DNA of 64,000 nt from Nostoc sp. DedSLP01 (GTDB lineage: Bacteria; Cyanobacteriota; Cyanobacteriia; Cyanobacteriales; Nostocaceae): NCBI GenBank assembly GCA_034530875.2, contig JAVRCJ020000003.1:32001-96000 (forward strand), given 5' to 3'. The position numbers and the translations under genes were made by a program. Shown in pieces: positions 44,355 through 56,014 of this stretch; position 1 is the first letter of the stretch; every line of letters begins with the position of its first letter. The notes beneath the pieces were generated by a model that was not told where the DNA came from, did not search any database, and saw nothing but the letters and a program-made list of their open reading frames with translations.

Positions 44355-44786
44355 CAGACGCGATAAATCAATAAGTGAGAGACGCGATAAATTGCGGTCT
44401 CTACAAAAATGATATTGAATTCAATGGAGGCAGCGTTAATAAAGTTATTAAATTGACAAAGCTCATTGCCAAATTATGAGAATAATTTTTAATCTAAAAT
44501 TTAAAATTAGTACGGTCAATTAATAAAATTTATTGAAAGCTGTATCAAAAGTTAGAGTAATTATTCTGTTAAAGAATTAAAATCTAGATTTTGGGATTAA
44601 TTCCAGAAGATTGCAGAGGAGTTGCAGGGGCACGACATTGTTGTGCCCTTAGCCGTGTACTTCATTTACCTGAAAAAGGCTGTATTTCAGGCGTTCTTAA
44701 GAAAGAACAAAGGCGTCAGTCAGCAGATGTTCTTGTTCTGATTTCTGAATTGGTGAATTCTTATTCAAGGCAGTTTATTTTAACTT

Positions 44787-45629
44787 ATGATACGGCGTTT
44801 ATTTGGGCAAAAGCGAACAAAGGTAAATAAAGTATTTACCATAGCTATTTTTACTACATTGACGGCAATTAGTAGCGTGTCTTGCAGTAAGAATGATAAT
44901 GTATTAATTACCGAAGTCGGAGTTAGTCCACCTAGCCGTCGTTCAGCTATCAGAACCAAAGCTGAAGCATTCTACGTTCAGGGAAAAAATCAGCATATCA
45001 ACGGCGATTTGCAAGCCGCGATCGCTTCGTATACTCAAGCAATAGAGCAGAATTCTCAATATGTCGCTGCTTACAACAGTCGGGGATTAGCCTATTTTGA
45101 TTTGGGAGATAAACAAAAAGCGATCGCAGATTACAATGAAGCGCTGCGTATCAATCCCAACAACGCCGAAGCATATAATAACCGGGGAAATGCCCGCGCC
45201 TCCCAAGGAAATAACCGAGAAGCTGTTAAAGATTATAGTGAAGCGATTCGCCTAAATCCCAACTACGCCGAAGCCTATAATAATCGAGGAAATGCCCGCG
45301 CCTCATTAGGAGAAAAAAACAGGGGGATAGATGATTTTGACCAAGCCATCGCCCTCAGACCGAGATATGCCATCGCCTACAATAACCGCGGAAATGCCCG
45401 TGCTGCCAATGGAGATCCGCAAGGAGCGATCGCAGATTACAATGAAGCCATTCGCCTCAATCCTAACTTTGCCCCTGCCTACAATAACCGCGGAAATGCC
45501 CGCGCCAAGAATGGAGATAAAGAAGGCGCACTTAAGGACTTGGAACAAGCAGCCAACATCTTTCAAACTCAAGGTAACAACGATCTATATCAGCAAGTGA
45601 CAAAAAATATCAAAGAACTTGCACAGTAG
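44787..45629 (+). CDS. TPR-repeat lipoprotein
   Basis: SVSC lipobox-like sequence and repeated AYNNRGNAR TPR units. Confidence 0.88.
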   Translation: MIRRLFGQKRTKVNKVFTIAIFTTLTAISSVSCSKNDNVLITEVGVSPPSRRSAIRTKAEAFYVQGKNQHINGDLQAAIASYTQAIEQNSQYVAAYNSRGLAYFDLGDKQKAIADYNEALRINPNNAEAYNNRGNARASQGNNREAVKDYSEAIRLNPNYAEAYNNRGNARASLGEKNRGIDDFDQAIALRPRYAIAYNNRGNARAANGDPQGAIADYNEAIRLNPNFAPAYNNRGNARAKNGDKEGALKDLEQAANIFQTQGNNDLYQQVTKNIKELAQ

Positions 45630-45747
45630 AGGGAATGGGGACTGGGAGATGGGGAAGTGTGGGGAGTGTGGGGAGTGTGGGGGGAAAGATTTCTTCCCCA
45701 TCCTCCTACACCTGCCACACTTCCTATGCCCCATGCCTTATTCTCAA

Positions 45748-47322
45748 TTACATTTCAGAGCCAATGTGGATGCGATCCTCAACTTCTGCAAATTTTTCCT
45801 GTGCCTGTCGTTCGGTACCCAATAACGAAACAACGATCGCCACGATAAATGCTAGAGGAATCGTAACTAATCCAGGATTTTTCAGCGGGAAGGGCGCCCA
45901 AGGGTTTTTGAGAATTGTTACCTGAATAGTAGGTGACAAATAAATCAGTAGTAAGGAGGAGAAAGTACCTACTAGCGTACTTGCAACTGCCCCGTTAGTG
46001 GTAAAGCGTCGCCAAAGCATTGACAGAAGCAATGCTGGGAAGTTGGCACTAGCAGCGATCGCAAATGCTAAACCTACCATATAAGCCACGTTTTGCCCTT
46101 TAAACAAGATGCCCAGGAGTATGGCTACTAACCCGAGAAGCATTGTCGCACCACGAGCCACCTTCAGCTGTTCTGACTCGTCAGCATGACCCGAACGCAC
46201 CACATTCACCCACAAATCGTGAGAAAGTGCAGCTGCACCTGAGAGTGTTAATCCAGCAACAACCGCCAAAATCGTTGCAAAGGAAACGGCAGCAATAAAG
46301 CCTAAGAAAGCATCGCCACCAAGAAATTCTGCCAACATCGGTGCAGCCATATTACCACCAGTACCGATTTGCTTGATGGCATCTTGGCCTACTAGCACCA
46401 TTGCCCCAAAGCCCAGGATGAAAGTCAGAAGGTAAAAAGCTCCAATAATGGCTGTGGCGTAGGTAACAGAAATCCGGGCGGCTTTAGCGTCGGGTACTGT
46501 GTAGAAACGCATTAGGATGTGGGGTAATCCAGCTGTGCCGAACATCAACGACATGCCTAAGGAAATAGCATCAAAGGGGTCAGAAACTTGTTTGCCTGGA
46601 GCTAATACACCTGTATATTTCTCAGCCGCAGCGGCAAAAAGAGCCATTGGGTTAAAGCCAAATCGCGCGAGTACCAAAATAGCTAGCAAGATAGTTCCGC
46701 CAAGCAAGAGAACTGCTTTGATAATTTGTACCCAAGTGGTGGCAATCATCCCCCCAAAAATCACATAAGCCATCATTACGCAACCGACAATGACCACGGC
46801 TAATTCATAATCAAAGCCAAACAGCAGTTTGATTAGCTCCCCAGCACCTACCATCTGGGCAATTAAGTAGAAGGTGATTACTGCCAAGGTTCCAATTGCA
46901 GATGCTATGCGTACAGGTTTTTGTCGCAAGCGAAAAGCTACTACATCAGCAAAGGTGTATTTACCCAAGTTACGTAGCGGTTCTGCAATCAAAAACATGA
47001 CAATCGGCCAGCCCACCAAGAAGCCGATAGAATAAATTAAGCCGTCAAAGCCGTTGAGTGCTACCAGCCCAGCGATACCTAAAAAGCTGGCTGCACTCAT
47101 GAAGTCTCCCGCTAGGGCTAACCCATTTTGAAAACCACTGATTTTACCGTCAGCTGTATAAAAGTGTGAGGTGCTTTTAGTGAGCTTTGCCGCCCAATAA
47201 GTGATGCCTAAAGAACTTACAACAAAAAGAAAAAAGAAAGCGATCGCCAACGGATTAAAGTGGCCAAGTCTAGAAATATCCGTTACTGCTAAAGGCAAAT
47301 CGCACCAAAACACAATATTCAT
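45748..47322 (-). CDS. actP: Cation/acetate symporter (SSS family)
   Basis: [18 protein letters not shown] and [15 protein letters not shown] motifs; downstream of a DUF485 gene. Confidence 0.9.
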   Translation of the reverse strand: MNIVFWCDLPLAVTDISRLGHFNPLAIAFFFLFVVSSLGITYWAAKLTKSTSHFYTADGKISGFQNGLALAGDFMSAASFLGIAGLVALNGFDGLIYSIGFLVGWPIVMFLIAEPLRNLGKYTFADVVAFRLRQKPVRIASAIGTLAVITFYLIAQMVGAGELIKLLFGFDYELAVVIVGCVMMAYVIFGGMIATTWVQIIKAVLLLGGTILLAILVLARFGFNPMALFAAAAEKYTGVLAPGKQVSDPFDAISLGMSLMFGTAGLPHILMRFYTVPDAKAARISVTYATAIIGAFYLLTFILGFGAMVLVGQDAIKQIGTGGNMAAPMLAEFLGGDAFLGFIAAVSFATILAVVAGLTLSGAAALSHDLWVNVVRSGHADESEQLKVARGATMLLGLVAILLGILFKGQNVAYMVGLAFAIAASANFPALLLSMLWRRFTTNGAVASTLVGTFSSLLLIYLSPTIQVTILKNPWAPFPLKNPGLVTIPLAFIVAIVVSLLGTERQAQEKFAEVEDRIHIGSEM

Positions 47323-47377
47323 GCTTAATTGGGTTTGATATCTTAGATTTTGGACTAGAAATTGCTAATAACTAAAT

Positions 47378-47653
47378 TCACTTGCGTGTGAGTCTTGCGA
47401 TTTGGTTATCGTAACTGCTATTTGCCCAACGCACGTAGATAAAAATTAATACCCATGCCGAGACAATTACCAGCGCCCCTAGTAAAATTCCCAAACTCAG
47501 ACCTGGAACTACTAACGATCCCAATAGGGGCTTATTGAAGGCAATTAACAGGATAAAACCAAAGTAAATAAACATCATGGCTCCACTCAAAATCAGGGAT
47601 ACCCGCCAACGTTCAGCCGCGAGAGCCTGGAGAGCCTTTGTGCGATCGTTCAT
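47378..47653 (-). CDS. DUF485 (YjcH-like) membrane protein
   Basis: Two TM helices, YVRWAN..YD, upstream of actP. Confidence 0.85.
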   Translation of the reverse strand: MNDRTKALQALAAERWRVSLILSGAMMFIYFGFILLIAFNKPLLGSLVVPGLSLGILLGALVIVSAWVLIFIYVRWANSSYDNQIARLTRK

Positions 47654-48457
47654 GTCTTCCTTGAGGTAGAGAAGATTAGGTCACGATTGTCTCATTGAAG
47701 TTGATTTCTGTGTAATTTTCTTAAAGATTATTAGTAAATCTATTGTTGTGTTAGGTAATAAAATTAACTTTGCTAAGGAATATACACAATAAAAAGACAA
47801 TAATGACTATGTTTTGATATGCGTAAAACTACAGATACTATGAGATATCAATAAATCTGAAATATAAATAATTTTTTACCTAGTTACTGACTCAGTAGTA
47901 ACTTATCCTCTTGAGATACTCAAACAAGAGTCAAAAATATCAAGTTTTGATATACAAAAAGTTTAAATTTAATGCGTATTTATTGCTAGGTTTTTATTTT
48001 TAAAATTTCATAAAAAATTTCTCTCAAGTAGATAATATATTAAAAAAACTTGGTTTTTTGGTATTTCTGATAAAGAAATACCAAAAAATACCGGAGTTGA
48101 TTACGTAAATAAACAGTAATATTTATATCATCAGTTTACTAACATACAGATAAAGCGCTAGAAAAATCTAGTAAATCATAGTACTAAAAATATCTGGCTC
48201 AGCTTTTATCTGCATTGCAATTTGCATAGATATGAATTTCATCATTGTAACGAGCGAAAGCTGATTTTTAACACATTGTCTGACTATATCAACTGATTCA
48301 GAGCATCTCAGTTCCACAAAAATATTTAGGAAAAAATGCGAAAATTATCGACGTAAATTTGTAGATATATCTATGTCTACAAAAGTGAGATGCACTCTTT
48401 AATTTAACCCTCAAAAAGCCCAAATTTCAGCTTCTACCATACCACAAACCAGAATCT

Positions 48458-49081
48458 ATGTTTATTGAAACGCTATTCACAGACCCAATTTCTTTTTTGA
48501 GAATCATTGTAATTGTCATATTTTCCATTACTTTGCACGAACTTGCTCACGGCTGGGCTGCTATGAGTCAGGGGGATAATACTCCACAAAAGACAGGGCA
48601 TCTCACCCTTAATCCTGTAGTTCACATGGGCAAAGAATCGATTATCTTTCTTTGTCTGATGGGTATAGCCTGGGGACAAATGCCCGTCAACCCGTCTAAA
48701 TTTCGCTCTCGCAAGCTAGGCAATATTTTGGTGTCTGCGGCTGGCCCATTTTCAAATTTGGCTTTAGGTATTCTATTTACTCTAGCCCTTAAAATTCTCG
48801 CTACCTTGACCCTTGCAGGAGTCTTCAGTGTCGAATTTCTTTATCTAGCGGCTCGAATCAATTTAACATTATTTATGTTTAATCTCTTGCCAATCCCACC
48901 ACTTGATGGCTTTCATGTCTTCAGTGAAATTTTTCCAAAATTAAAACCATTAGAAACTACTCAATTTGGAATCTTTGCAATGATGCTTCTATTTATAATT
49001 CCAGAATTTGGGATTGGACTTAGTAGCATTTCTGATTTAGTTATTCGGTCGGTAATTGGTGTAAAATCCGGAAATTTTTAA
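48458..49081 (+). CDS. Site-2 protease (M50) family
   Basis: HELAHG, AGPFSN and NLLPIPPLDG motifs. Confidence 0.92.
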   Translation: MFIETLFTDPISFLRIIVIVIFSITLHELAHGWAAMSQGDNTPQKTGHLTLNPVVHMGKESIIFLCLMGIAWGQMPVNPSKFRSRKLGNILVSAAGPFSNLALGILFTLALKILATLTLAGVFSVEFLYLAARINLTLFMFNLLPIPPLDGFHVFSEIFPKLKPLETTQFGIFAMMLLFIIPEFGIGLSSISDLVIRSVIGVKSGNF

Positions 49082-49284
49082 CCTCATAAACTATTTAAAG
49101 CCAGGGATGCCCGACTTGTTACCAAAAGTCGGGTATCTTGTTGTTTATCAATCAATACAGTTCAGTTAAGATCCCCCCGCCTGCGGCGACCCCCTTAAAA
49201 AAGGGGTGAAAGAGAGTTGTTAGCCCCCCAATTTATCGGGGAGTTGCGGGGATCTTAAAACACTAAGCCAAGCGTATTGGTTTA

Positions 49285-50736
49285 TCAATGATTTAGAGTT
49301 GCCACTTTTTTGCTGTAATATTCAGTTTTTGCATAGATACTGATAATACTATCACCAACTGCAAAAAAAGTACCTTGTTGCTCATTTTTAGAAAATTGCA
49401 AATTGGGATATTTAGCAGCGACTTCTTGCACAGTCATCGGTTTTGCGTTCATTTGGTCTGGCAATACTCCAGTACAACCAATATAAAATACTAAGGGAGA
49501 AATCTTGTCTTGGTAGATTTTTTCTGCATATTGTTCTAACTTAGTATTTGCAGTTGTTAATGCTGCGATCGCTTCTTCTTTATTGATTTGCTTGCCAGCT
49601 TGTTTATCCTGTAATAAATCTGCCAAATCTTCAGCACCAACTCTTGTGAGAATGCGTACAACTATGCCATTTTGCTCAAGTCCAAGAAAATCATCAAAAA
49701 TCGGTTTCATCAACTCGTCAACTTTTGTAATCTTGGTGCGTGATGACAGTAGCCTCTGTCTCACAGCAAGATTCCGATTAAATATCATCTCAAAACTCGA
49801 CTTTTTAATAATCTCTCCAGTTTTTTTATTGTAGAGACGATACATTCTATTGAGAAATTTGTTCGCAGAATGCAACTTGTTCAAGTTAAGGATATCCTGG
49901 CTACCAATATCAATTTTATAGCTCAATCTGGATTCTAAAGTACCATTTGCTATAGCTTCATGGATATCTGTGTATTCATTAGTCGTCGGAAAATTGATGT
50001 AAACATTCTTAGATAGGTAGTGCTTTTTAAATTCATCTAACTGTTCTGCTACAAATACATCGGACTCATTTTTCAAGCAAGCAGAAATCATACTAGTAAG
50101 TACTTTAATTTCTGCAAGTTCATTGAATAGTCCATCTATGCTGCTGTAATGACTATCAGCAGGTACAAGCGGTAAATTATCTAATTGGATAGTATATTCA
50201 CCACGAAAGTCAAAATTTTTTGCATCTAGTACGCCCTTTTGTTGAAGTAATTCAAAAACTTTTTTACTACTAATTTTGACTCGTAAAGATTTGACGTTGA
50301 TGTTGCCGTTACTAACAATCGTGTAATTATTAAAGCTATCTAGCTCATTAACTAACAAACCTGCTACCTCAAGAGTGGGAGTTTGGTCTGCGGATTTAGC
50401 AAGTTTGACTTTACGTTTGATAAGCATATTAATAGTAGCGGTATTGCGATTAAAGTGAAACTCGCCCATACCAACATACTCAGCATTATCTATATTTTCT
50501 GTTCGCAACCAAGGTTGGATCGGTTCTCCGTTTTCGTCTCTCACACCTTTAATACGCTTGATACCTGTTCTTTGATAATTTTCTTGCAGGTGCTTGATGT
50601 TGACGATAATATTGTGACGATATTGCGTAAAGATTTTGATGAGTTCTACTAGAGAGATTTGATTATTTGTCATATTTCCACCTTGGATATAAAGGCTAAC
50701 AAGCTGTTGAACCGTGGAAAATTGAAGTGCAAACAC
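49285..50736 (-). CDS. Hypothetical protein (likely start MTNNQ near 50673)
   Basis: Long ORF with no recognised motif. Confidence 0.7.
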   Translation of the reverse strand: MFALQFSTVQQLVSLYIQGGNMTNNQISLVELIKIFTQYRHNIIVNIKHLQENYQRTGIKRIKGVRDENGEPIQPWLRTENIDNAEYVGMGEFHFNRNTATINMLIKRKVKLAKSADQTPTLEVAGLLVNELDSFNNYTIVSNGNINVKSLRVKISSKKVFELLQQKGVLDAKNFDFRGEYTIQLDNLPLVPADSHYSSIDGLFNELAEIKVLTSMISACLKNESDVFVAEQLDEFKKHYLSKNVYINFPTTNEYTDIHEAIANGTLESRLSYKIDIGSQDILNLNKLHSANKFLNRMYRLYNKKTGEIIKKSSFEMIFNRNLAVRQRLLSSRTKITKVDELMKPIFDDFLGLEQNGIVVRILTRVGAEDLADLLQDKQAGKQINKEEAIAALTTANTKLEQYAEKIYQDKISPLVFYIGCTGVLPDQMNAKPMTVQEVAAKYPNLQFSKNEQQGTFFAVGDSIISIYAKTEYYSKKVATLNH

Positions 50737-50809
50737 ACGAGATTTTGCTCAATAAAAGTATGACAATTTCACGCAGAGGCGCAGAGTGAGAGATTGAGTT
50801 TTCATACTA

Positions 50810-50829
50810 TATAGTACAATTGTACTATA
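50810..50829. promoter_or_regulatory. Perfect 20-bp palindrome containing a cyanobacterial LexA-box-like core
   Basis: TATAGTACAATTGTACTATA; core AGTAC-N4-GTACT. Confidence 0.55.
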
Positions 50830-51013
50830 AAAATGTCAAATTGGGTAGGTTTAGTCCATCGTAGGCATTGCCGTACTGTTGAATAGGACTAGAATAAGTG
50901 CCTTTTCAGCTTTACGCCTTTGAGTGACTTTAAATAAATTTGTTGTGCTTGGGAGAGAGTTAGATACTTATCTCGCGAATTTTTTGAATTAGGGTGTTAT
51001 CATTTTCTGATAT

Positions 51014-52684
51014 TTAGGCTCCGGGTTTAAAATAATCCAAGAGGCGATCGCCTGAATCAGCGCGAATCAATGCTACAACTACATCTGGTAAGGCAGCTAA
51101 GCTGGGATAAACTAAATAACGCGGTTCCCAACGGGGGTGGAACTTCTCTTTATAGGTATGTAACCCCTGGAAATTGTAGAAGTGATTTAAATGTTCGTAA
51201 AGATAATGCAATACTTTCTCTAAACGGCGCGATTGTGGGTTATCTCCAACTCCAGCGAGTGCAGAAAGACCAAAATTGAAGCTATCGTAACCACATTCTT
51301 TAAAATGCTGGAGCAGCGAAATGAATAAAAAGTCCATTATGCCATTTTCAAGGGACGAGCGATATCGCATCAAATCGATAGTTGCTTCATTAAGTTGATA
51401 CTCTGGAATAATATTTGCAAAGGCGCTAATCTGACCTTCAGGGCTATGCAGGACAGCAATCTCACATTCTCGCAGATATGCTTCATCAAACCAACCTAAA
51501 GAAAAGTGTTTTTCCGAACCTTGTACCATATTTAGCCATTCATCACTTACAGGTTTGAGTAAGTGCAACAAATCATTGTCGATTGGTGGTTGGTAAAAGT
51601 TAATTCGGTATCCTAGTTTTGTTAAACGATTGATTGATGGTCTAAAATTTTTCCCAGCTTTACCTTGTAATGTAAAACTTTGCAAATCAACGATCGCTTC
51701 TTCTCCAATCTTGAGTACTTGAAATCCCAATGACTTGTAAAGTTCAACATCATCGGGCAAAGTTTGATAAAAACTAGGATACCAATCATTGCGCAGGCAA
51801 AACTGCCAAAAAGCAACAATTGTCTCTTTGCGGTCTTCAATGGGGCCGATGGGATCTCCTAAGGCGATCGCGCCTCGTCCTTTGGAAACGTAAGCGATTA
51901 CACTATTACCAGAAGGGCTGAAATAATAACTCTTATCATTTAATAATGTCAAAGCTGCTAAAGAAGAACATCCATATTGTTCGATAATTTCTTTAGCTTT
52001 TTTGCGTTCGTTTGGAGTTGCTAAATTACGCCAAAATACGGGTTGCAACAACATAACCACCGCGTATGTAATAGTAACTGCTGCAATCACATAAATAGAA
52101 TTAGCAAAAAAAGCCCCAAACTTGCTTTTTGGTTCCAGACCCCAATTATCTTCGGTGAAGAACATTGCTAAAGTCTGAACTACGGCTTCACGCCAATTAA
52201 AATTTTGTGAAAACTTGCCATCTAATAAGTAAAATCCAATAGTTCCGTATGCCAGGGTAAATAATAAAGCACCAATTAGCACTCGGACTCCCCTTGCAAT
52301 AGAAGGAGGGTCTGATTGCGCTGTAAAAACATGGCGCATCAGAATTAATTGCATTAATAATATGCCAGATAATATACTTTCTTCGTAATCAAATCCTTTC
52401 ACCAAGTGGCTGAACATAGAAATGACTAGCAGGCTAACAATCAGTAACCAAGCTATCTTTTTTCGGCGTAATAAATTAGTTGCAAGTGTTAATAAAACAA
52501 ACCCAGTCAGTGCTGCAAAAATATGACCAGTAGCACGAATTTCAAATGGTAAAAATTCCTTTAACCAGTGATTTCGACCGTACAGGTTAGGTGTCACTGC
52601 GGATAACAAATTTACTATCCCCACTAAACCTGTAAGGAAAGCTGCACTCCAAAGTCCAATCTGAGTTTTTAAGTTATTAGTCAT
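51014..52684 (-). CDS. Aminoacyl-phosphatidylglycerol synthase, MprF C-terminal part (DUF2156)
   Basis: TM helices followed by ALGDPIG, KIGEEA, IDLMRY and YKEKFHPRWEPRYL. Confidence 0.88.
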   Translation of the reverse strand: MTNNLKTQIGLWSAAFLTGLVGIVNLLSAVTPNLYGRNHWLKEFLPFEIRATGHIFAALTGFVLLTLATNLLRRKKIAWLLIVSLLVISMFSHLVKGFDYEESILSGILLMQLILMRHVFTAQSDPPSIARGVRVLIGALLFTLAYGTIGFYLLDGKFSQNFNWREAVVQTLAMFFTEDNWGLEPKSKFGAFFANSIYVIAAVTITYAVVMLLQPVFWRNLATPNERKKAKEIIEQYGCSSLAALTLLNDKSYYFSPSGNSVIAYVSKGRGAIALGDPIGPIEDRKETIVAFWQFCLRNDWYPSFYQTLPDDVELYKSLGFQVLKIGEEAIVDLQSFTLQGKAGKNFRPSINRLTKLGYRINFYQPPIDNDLLHLLKPVSDEWLNMVQGSEKHFSLGWFDEAYLRECEIAVLHSPEGQISAFANIIPEYQLNEATIDLMRYRSSLENGIMDFLFISLLQHFKECGYDSFNFGLSALAGVGDNPQSRRLEKVLHYLYEHLNHFYNFQGLHTYKEKFHPRWEPRYLVYPSLAALPDVVVALIRADSGDRLLDYFKPGA

Positions 52685-52742
52685 TTGTCGTTAATAGTTA
52701 GGAGTGAGGAGTTAGGAGTTAGGAGTTTTCAATTTTTAACTC

Positions 52743-53651
52743 TTAACTTCTACCTTCTGACTTATGAAACTGTTCTCCTACATAAGAGAGTGAATTTTTG
52801 AGATGTTTGTGGAAGTAGTTCCAGCCGACATCAGTACCAGATAAACCATGACCTCCAGGAAATGCATAAAATACGTGAGTAATACCTAACTTATTTAAGG
52901 TTTGATTAAAGGCTTTGGTTGAAGCTAGTAAATTAGTATCGTTAACGCCCGCATCTAAGTAAATACGTAATTGCTTCCTATCTTGAATTGGTAACTGTTG
53001 CACAATTTGTTGAGGACTATTTTGCGAACCGCTGCTATCAGTAAAGTAACCGCTATGACTAAAGAAAATATGGAAGTTGTTAAGATAGCGTAAGCCGATA
53101 TTAAAAGCTCCCCACCCTCCAGAGGATATACCTCCTATAGCCCAAAATTGGGGTTTTTCTAAAGTGCGGTAGCGTGACTTGACAACTTGTACTAATTCCG
53201 AACCAATTAAAGTCCCGACTTTGCCATTCGGCCCGTCAAAATAATCAGGGTCGTATAAAGGACTGGAACCGCGATTGTCATTACCATCAGGTGTAATTAC
53301 AATCGATGGCGGTAATTTCTTACTTTGATAAAGTTCGTGCAACACATCTAAGATTGCATATTTATCAGCAAAGGCGCGAGCATCATCATGTCCCCCATGT
53401 AGTAAGAATATCACGGGGTAGCGCTTTTGCCGATTTTTGTTATAGCCAGGAGGTAAGATGACGCCATAGTTGCGGACTGCACCCATCGCTTGGGAATTGA
53501 AGCTTACTAATTGAAACTTTAGCCCAGTATTTGTTTCTTCTGCGGGCGGGTCTAGTTGTGGTGCGCCTAAGATAAATACATAATAGTAAGCAGCGATAGT
53601 GAGAAGGGCGATCGCTCCTACCAAGCTAATCAAAAATTTGGAAATCTTCAT
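52743..53651 (-). CDS. Alpha/beta-hydrolase esterase, membrane-anchored
   Basis: YPVIFLLHGG, GISSGG nucleophile elbow, FPGGH. Confidence 0.88.
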   Translation of the reverse strand: MKISKFLISLVGAIALLTIAAYYYVFILGAPQLDPPAEETNTGLKFQLVSFNSQAMGAVRNYGVILPPGYNKNRQKRYPVIFLLHGGHDDARAFADKYAILDVLHELYQSKKLPPSIVITPDGNDNRGSSPLYDPDYFDGPNGKVGTLIGSELVQVVKSRYRTLEKPQFWAIGGISSGGWGAFNIGLRYLNNFHIFFSHSGYFTDSSGSQNSPQQIVQQLPIQDRKQLRIYLDAGVNDTNLLASTKAFNQTLNKLGITHVFYAFPGGHGLSGTDVGWNYFHKHLKNSLSYVGEQFHKSEGRS

Positions 53652-53768
53652 ATATTTTTAGCTTGAAAAAATTCACCTCCATATAGAATTTCAGATATTT
53701 AGTCTAATGCAATTTTCGACATAGCTTTTTGATTCAAATTTGACCGTTAAGCTTTTGATAATATTCTG

Positions 53769-54737
53769 TTATTTTTTGACATTAAGACTTTGATTTTCAC
53801 CTTTATCCATTATCTTTGCTAATTTGAATTGTTCGCCCACGAATGTTAAAGAATCAGCTAAATGTTCGCGCCAATATTGCCAAGTATGACTGCCAGGAAA
53901 CTCCCGAAACAGATGGTAAATTTGGAGTTGTTCGAGTACTTTCTCAAATTGTTCGGCTTCTTGGATTTCTTCTGTATCTGACCTACCAGAATCGAGGTAG
54001 ATTCTCAATCTTTTTTGTGCTTGCAAAGGAATAGTTTTGATATAAATTATTGGGCTATTTTTAGGACCGCTTTTATCCTGAAAATAACCGCTATGACTAA
54101 ATAAAACTGAAAAATTATTTAGATTGTGTAATCCCACATTCACCGCACCCCAACCGCCAGAAGATAAACCACCTATTGCCCAAAAATCTGGGTTTTTTAT
54201 TGTACGATAACGGCTTTGGATAACTTTTACTAATTCATCTCCCACGGCTGTGGAGACATTACCGTTAGGGCCATCGATATATTCAGGGTCTCGGTAGGGA
54301 CTAGAGCCGCGTTTATCGTTACCATCTGGTGTAATAATTATGCTCGGCGGCAACTTACCTGTAATATAAAGTTGTTTGAGAGTTTTAAGAGCTTGTCCTT
54401 TATTTTCAATAAACCAATCTTTAGGATTGCCATGTCCGCCGTGGAGAAGAAAGATTACAGGATAGCTTTGTTTTGGATTTTGCTCGTAACCAGGGGGTAA
54501 AGAAACGCCGTAGGTACGACTTCCACTCATAACTTGACTATCGTAAGTTTCAATTTTATAGCTGAGGGGAGTAGCTAAGTCGCTATTATGAGGCTGCGAT
54601 GGAAAAAGCGAAGGCGTTGTTTGTAAGTTTTGCTGTTGCGGTGGGTTTGCTACGACACTTTGCGAGAAATGACAGCTAAATAGAGTTAATAGTGAAACTA
54701 GCAAGAAAATATTCGATTGTTTGTAGTTCATTTTCAA
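53769..54737 (-). CDS. Alpha/beta-hydrolase esterase, secreted; paralog of the neighbouring gene
   Basis: YPVIFLLHGG, GLSSGG and GSHTW motifs. Confidence 0.88.
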   Translation of the reverse strand: MKMNYKQSNIFLLVSLLTLFSCHFSQSVVANPPQQQNLQTTPSLFPSQPHNSDLATPLSYKIETYDSQVMSGSRTYGVSLPPGYEQNPKQSYPVIFLLHGGHGNPKDWFIENKGQALKTLKQLYITGKLPPSIIITPDGNDKRGSSPYRDPEYIDGPNGNVSTAVGDELVKVIQSRYRTIKNPDFWAIGGLSSGGWGAVNVGLHNLNNFSVLFSHSGYFQDKSGPKNSPIIYIKTIPLQAQKRLRIYLDSGRSDTEEIQEAEQFEKVLEQLQIYHLFREFPGSHTWQYWREHLADSLTFVGEQFKLAKIMDKGENQSLNVKK

Positions 54738-54865
54738 AGAGCATTGAGTATTGGACAGTGAGCGCTAGCAATCAAAAGTTTACGCAAGTAATTTGTCAAT
54801 CTTGTGTCAAGACGATGGAAACTTTACGACTAGTTGTAAGTTAAAAATCAATAGTTAAGATAAGT

Positions 54866-55804
54866 TTGCTGGCGATGATGAAAAAGCTGCGACTTCATTT
54901 GAGTTCTTTGTTTGGCTTGCTGCTGCTGGTAATTTCTGTCTGGGCGATCGCTCGCGAATTGCATGACTATAATTATCGTGATATCCTCAACTCATTAGCG
55001 GCAATTCCCAAGAATCGCTTAAGCTGGGCAATTTGGCTGACAGCTTTGGGCTATCTAGTGATGATTGGCTATGATATTTTGGGTTTTAAATATATTAATC
55101 GTTCGCTAAGTTGGAACAAAATAGCTTTCACTAACTTTATTAGTTCTACATTTACCAATACGATTGGTTTTGCCTTGCTAACTGGCAGTGCTATCCGTTA
55201 TCGATTTTATGCTAATTGGGGAGTGTCAGCAGTAGCGATCGCTCAAGTGATTGCTTTTGCTAATTTTACTTTTTGGTTGGGAATGTTTGCCATTGCTGGA
55301 TTGATATTTATTACCAACCCTTTAACAATTCCCCCACAACTACATTTGCCTTTTGCAACAGTACGTCCCATCGGTGTAATTTTTTTGGTACTGATTGCTA
55401 TATATTTGCTGGGAAGTATTTTAATTAAAAAACCTGTAATCATTCTTCAGCATGAATTTCGCTTTCCTTCATTGCCAATATCCTTAGCTCAAATTGTGAT
55501 TTCTAGTCTTGACTGGATTATTGCTGCGGCAGTTCTTTTTGCAATGCTTCCTAGTAATATAACTTTGTCTTATCTCGATTTTTTAGGAATTTATTTACTA
55601 GCGATGTTTGCAGGGGTGGTGAGTAATGTTCCTGGTGGTTTGGGTGTTTTTGAAACTGTGATGTTGCTGCTTCTCTCATCAAAAATTTCGGCGGCGGTAG
55701 TTTTGGGTTCGCTGTTAGCTTATCGTGGGATATACTATTTTTTACCTTTGCTGGTTGCGGCAGGTTTGTTAGGAATATATGAAGTTAAATTTGGAAGAAA
55801 TTAG
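54866..55804 (+). CDS. Lysylphosphatidylglycerol synthase TM / MprF flippase-like domain protein
   Basis: GSAIRYRFY, VPGGLGVFE and LAYRGIYY motifs. Confidence 0.85.
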   Translation: MLAMMKKLRLHLSSLFGLLLLVISVWAIARELHDYNYRDILNSLAAIPKNRLSWAIWLTALGYLVMIGYDILGFKYINRSLSWNKIAFTNFISSTFTNTIGFALLTGSAIRYRFYANWGVSAVAIAQVIAFANFTFWLGMFAIAGLIFITNPLTIPPQLHLPFATVRPIGVIFLVLIAIYLLGSILIKKPVIILQHEFRFPSLPISLAQIVISSLDWIIAAAVLFAMLPSNITLSYLDFLGIYLLAMFAGVVSNVPGGLGVFETVMLLLLSSKISAAVVLGSLLAYRGIYYFLPLLVAAGLLGIYEVKFGRN

Positions 55805-56014
55805 GTTTTTGAAACGCAAAGGTATGCAGAGGTTAGCGCAGAGGAACGCAGAGGATTTTAGCAATATCTTCATAAACTGCGGCGTAAATTCCTAAGTTTT
55901 GCTGAGGCAGTTGCCAGTTGAATTTTATAAGATTAGTAATAGTTATTTAGGATTTTTGATGATATTACAAGAGGTCATCAAAAATTTTGTTTTATCGATT
56001 GAAGAGAAAAAATA

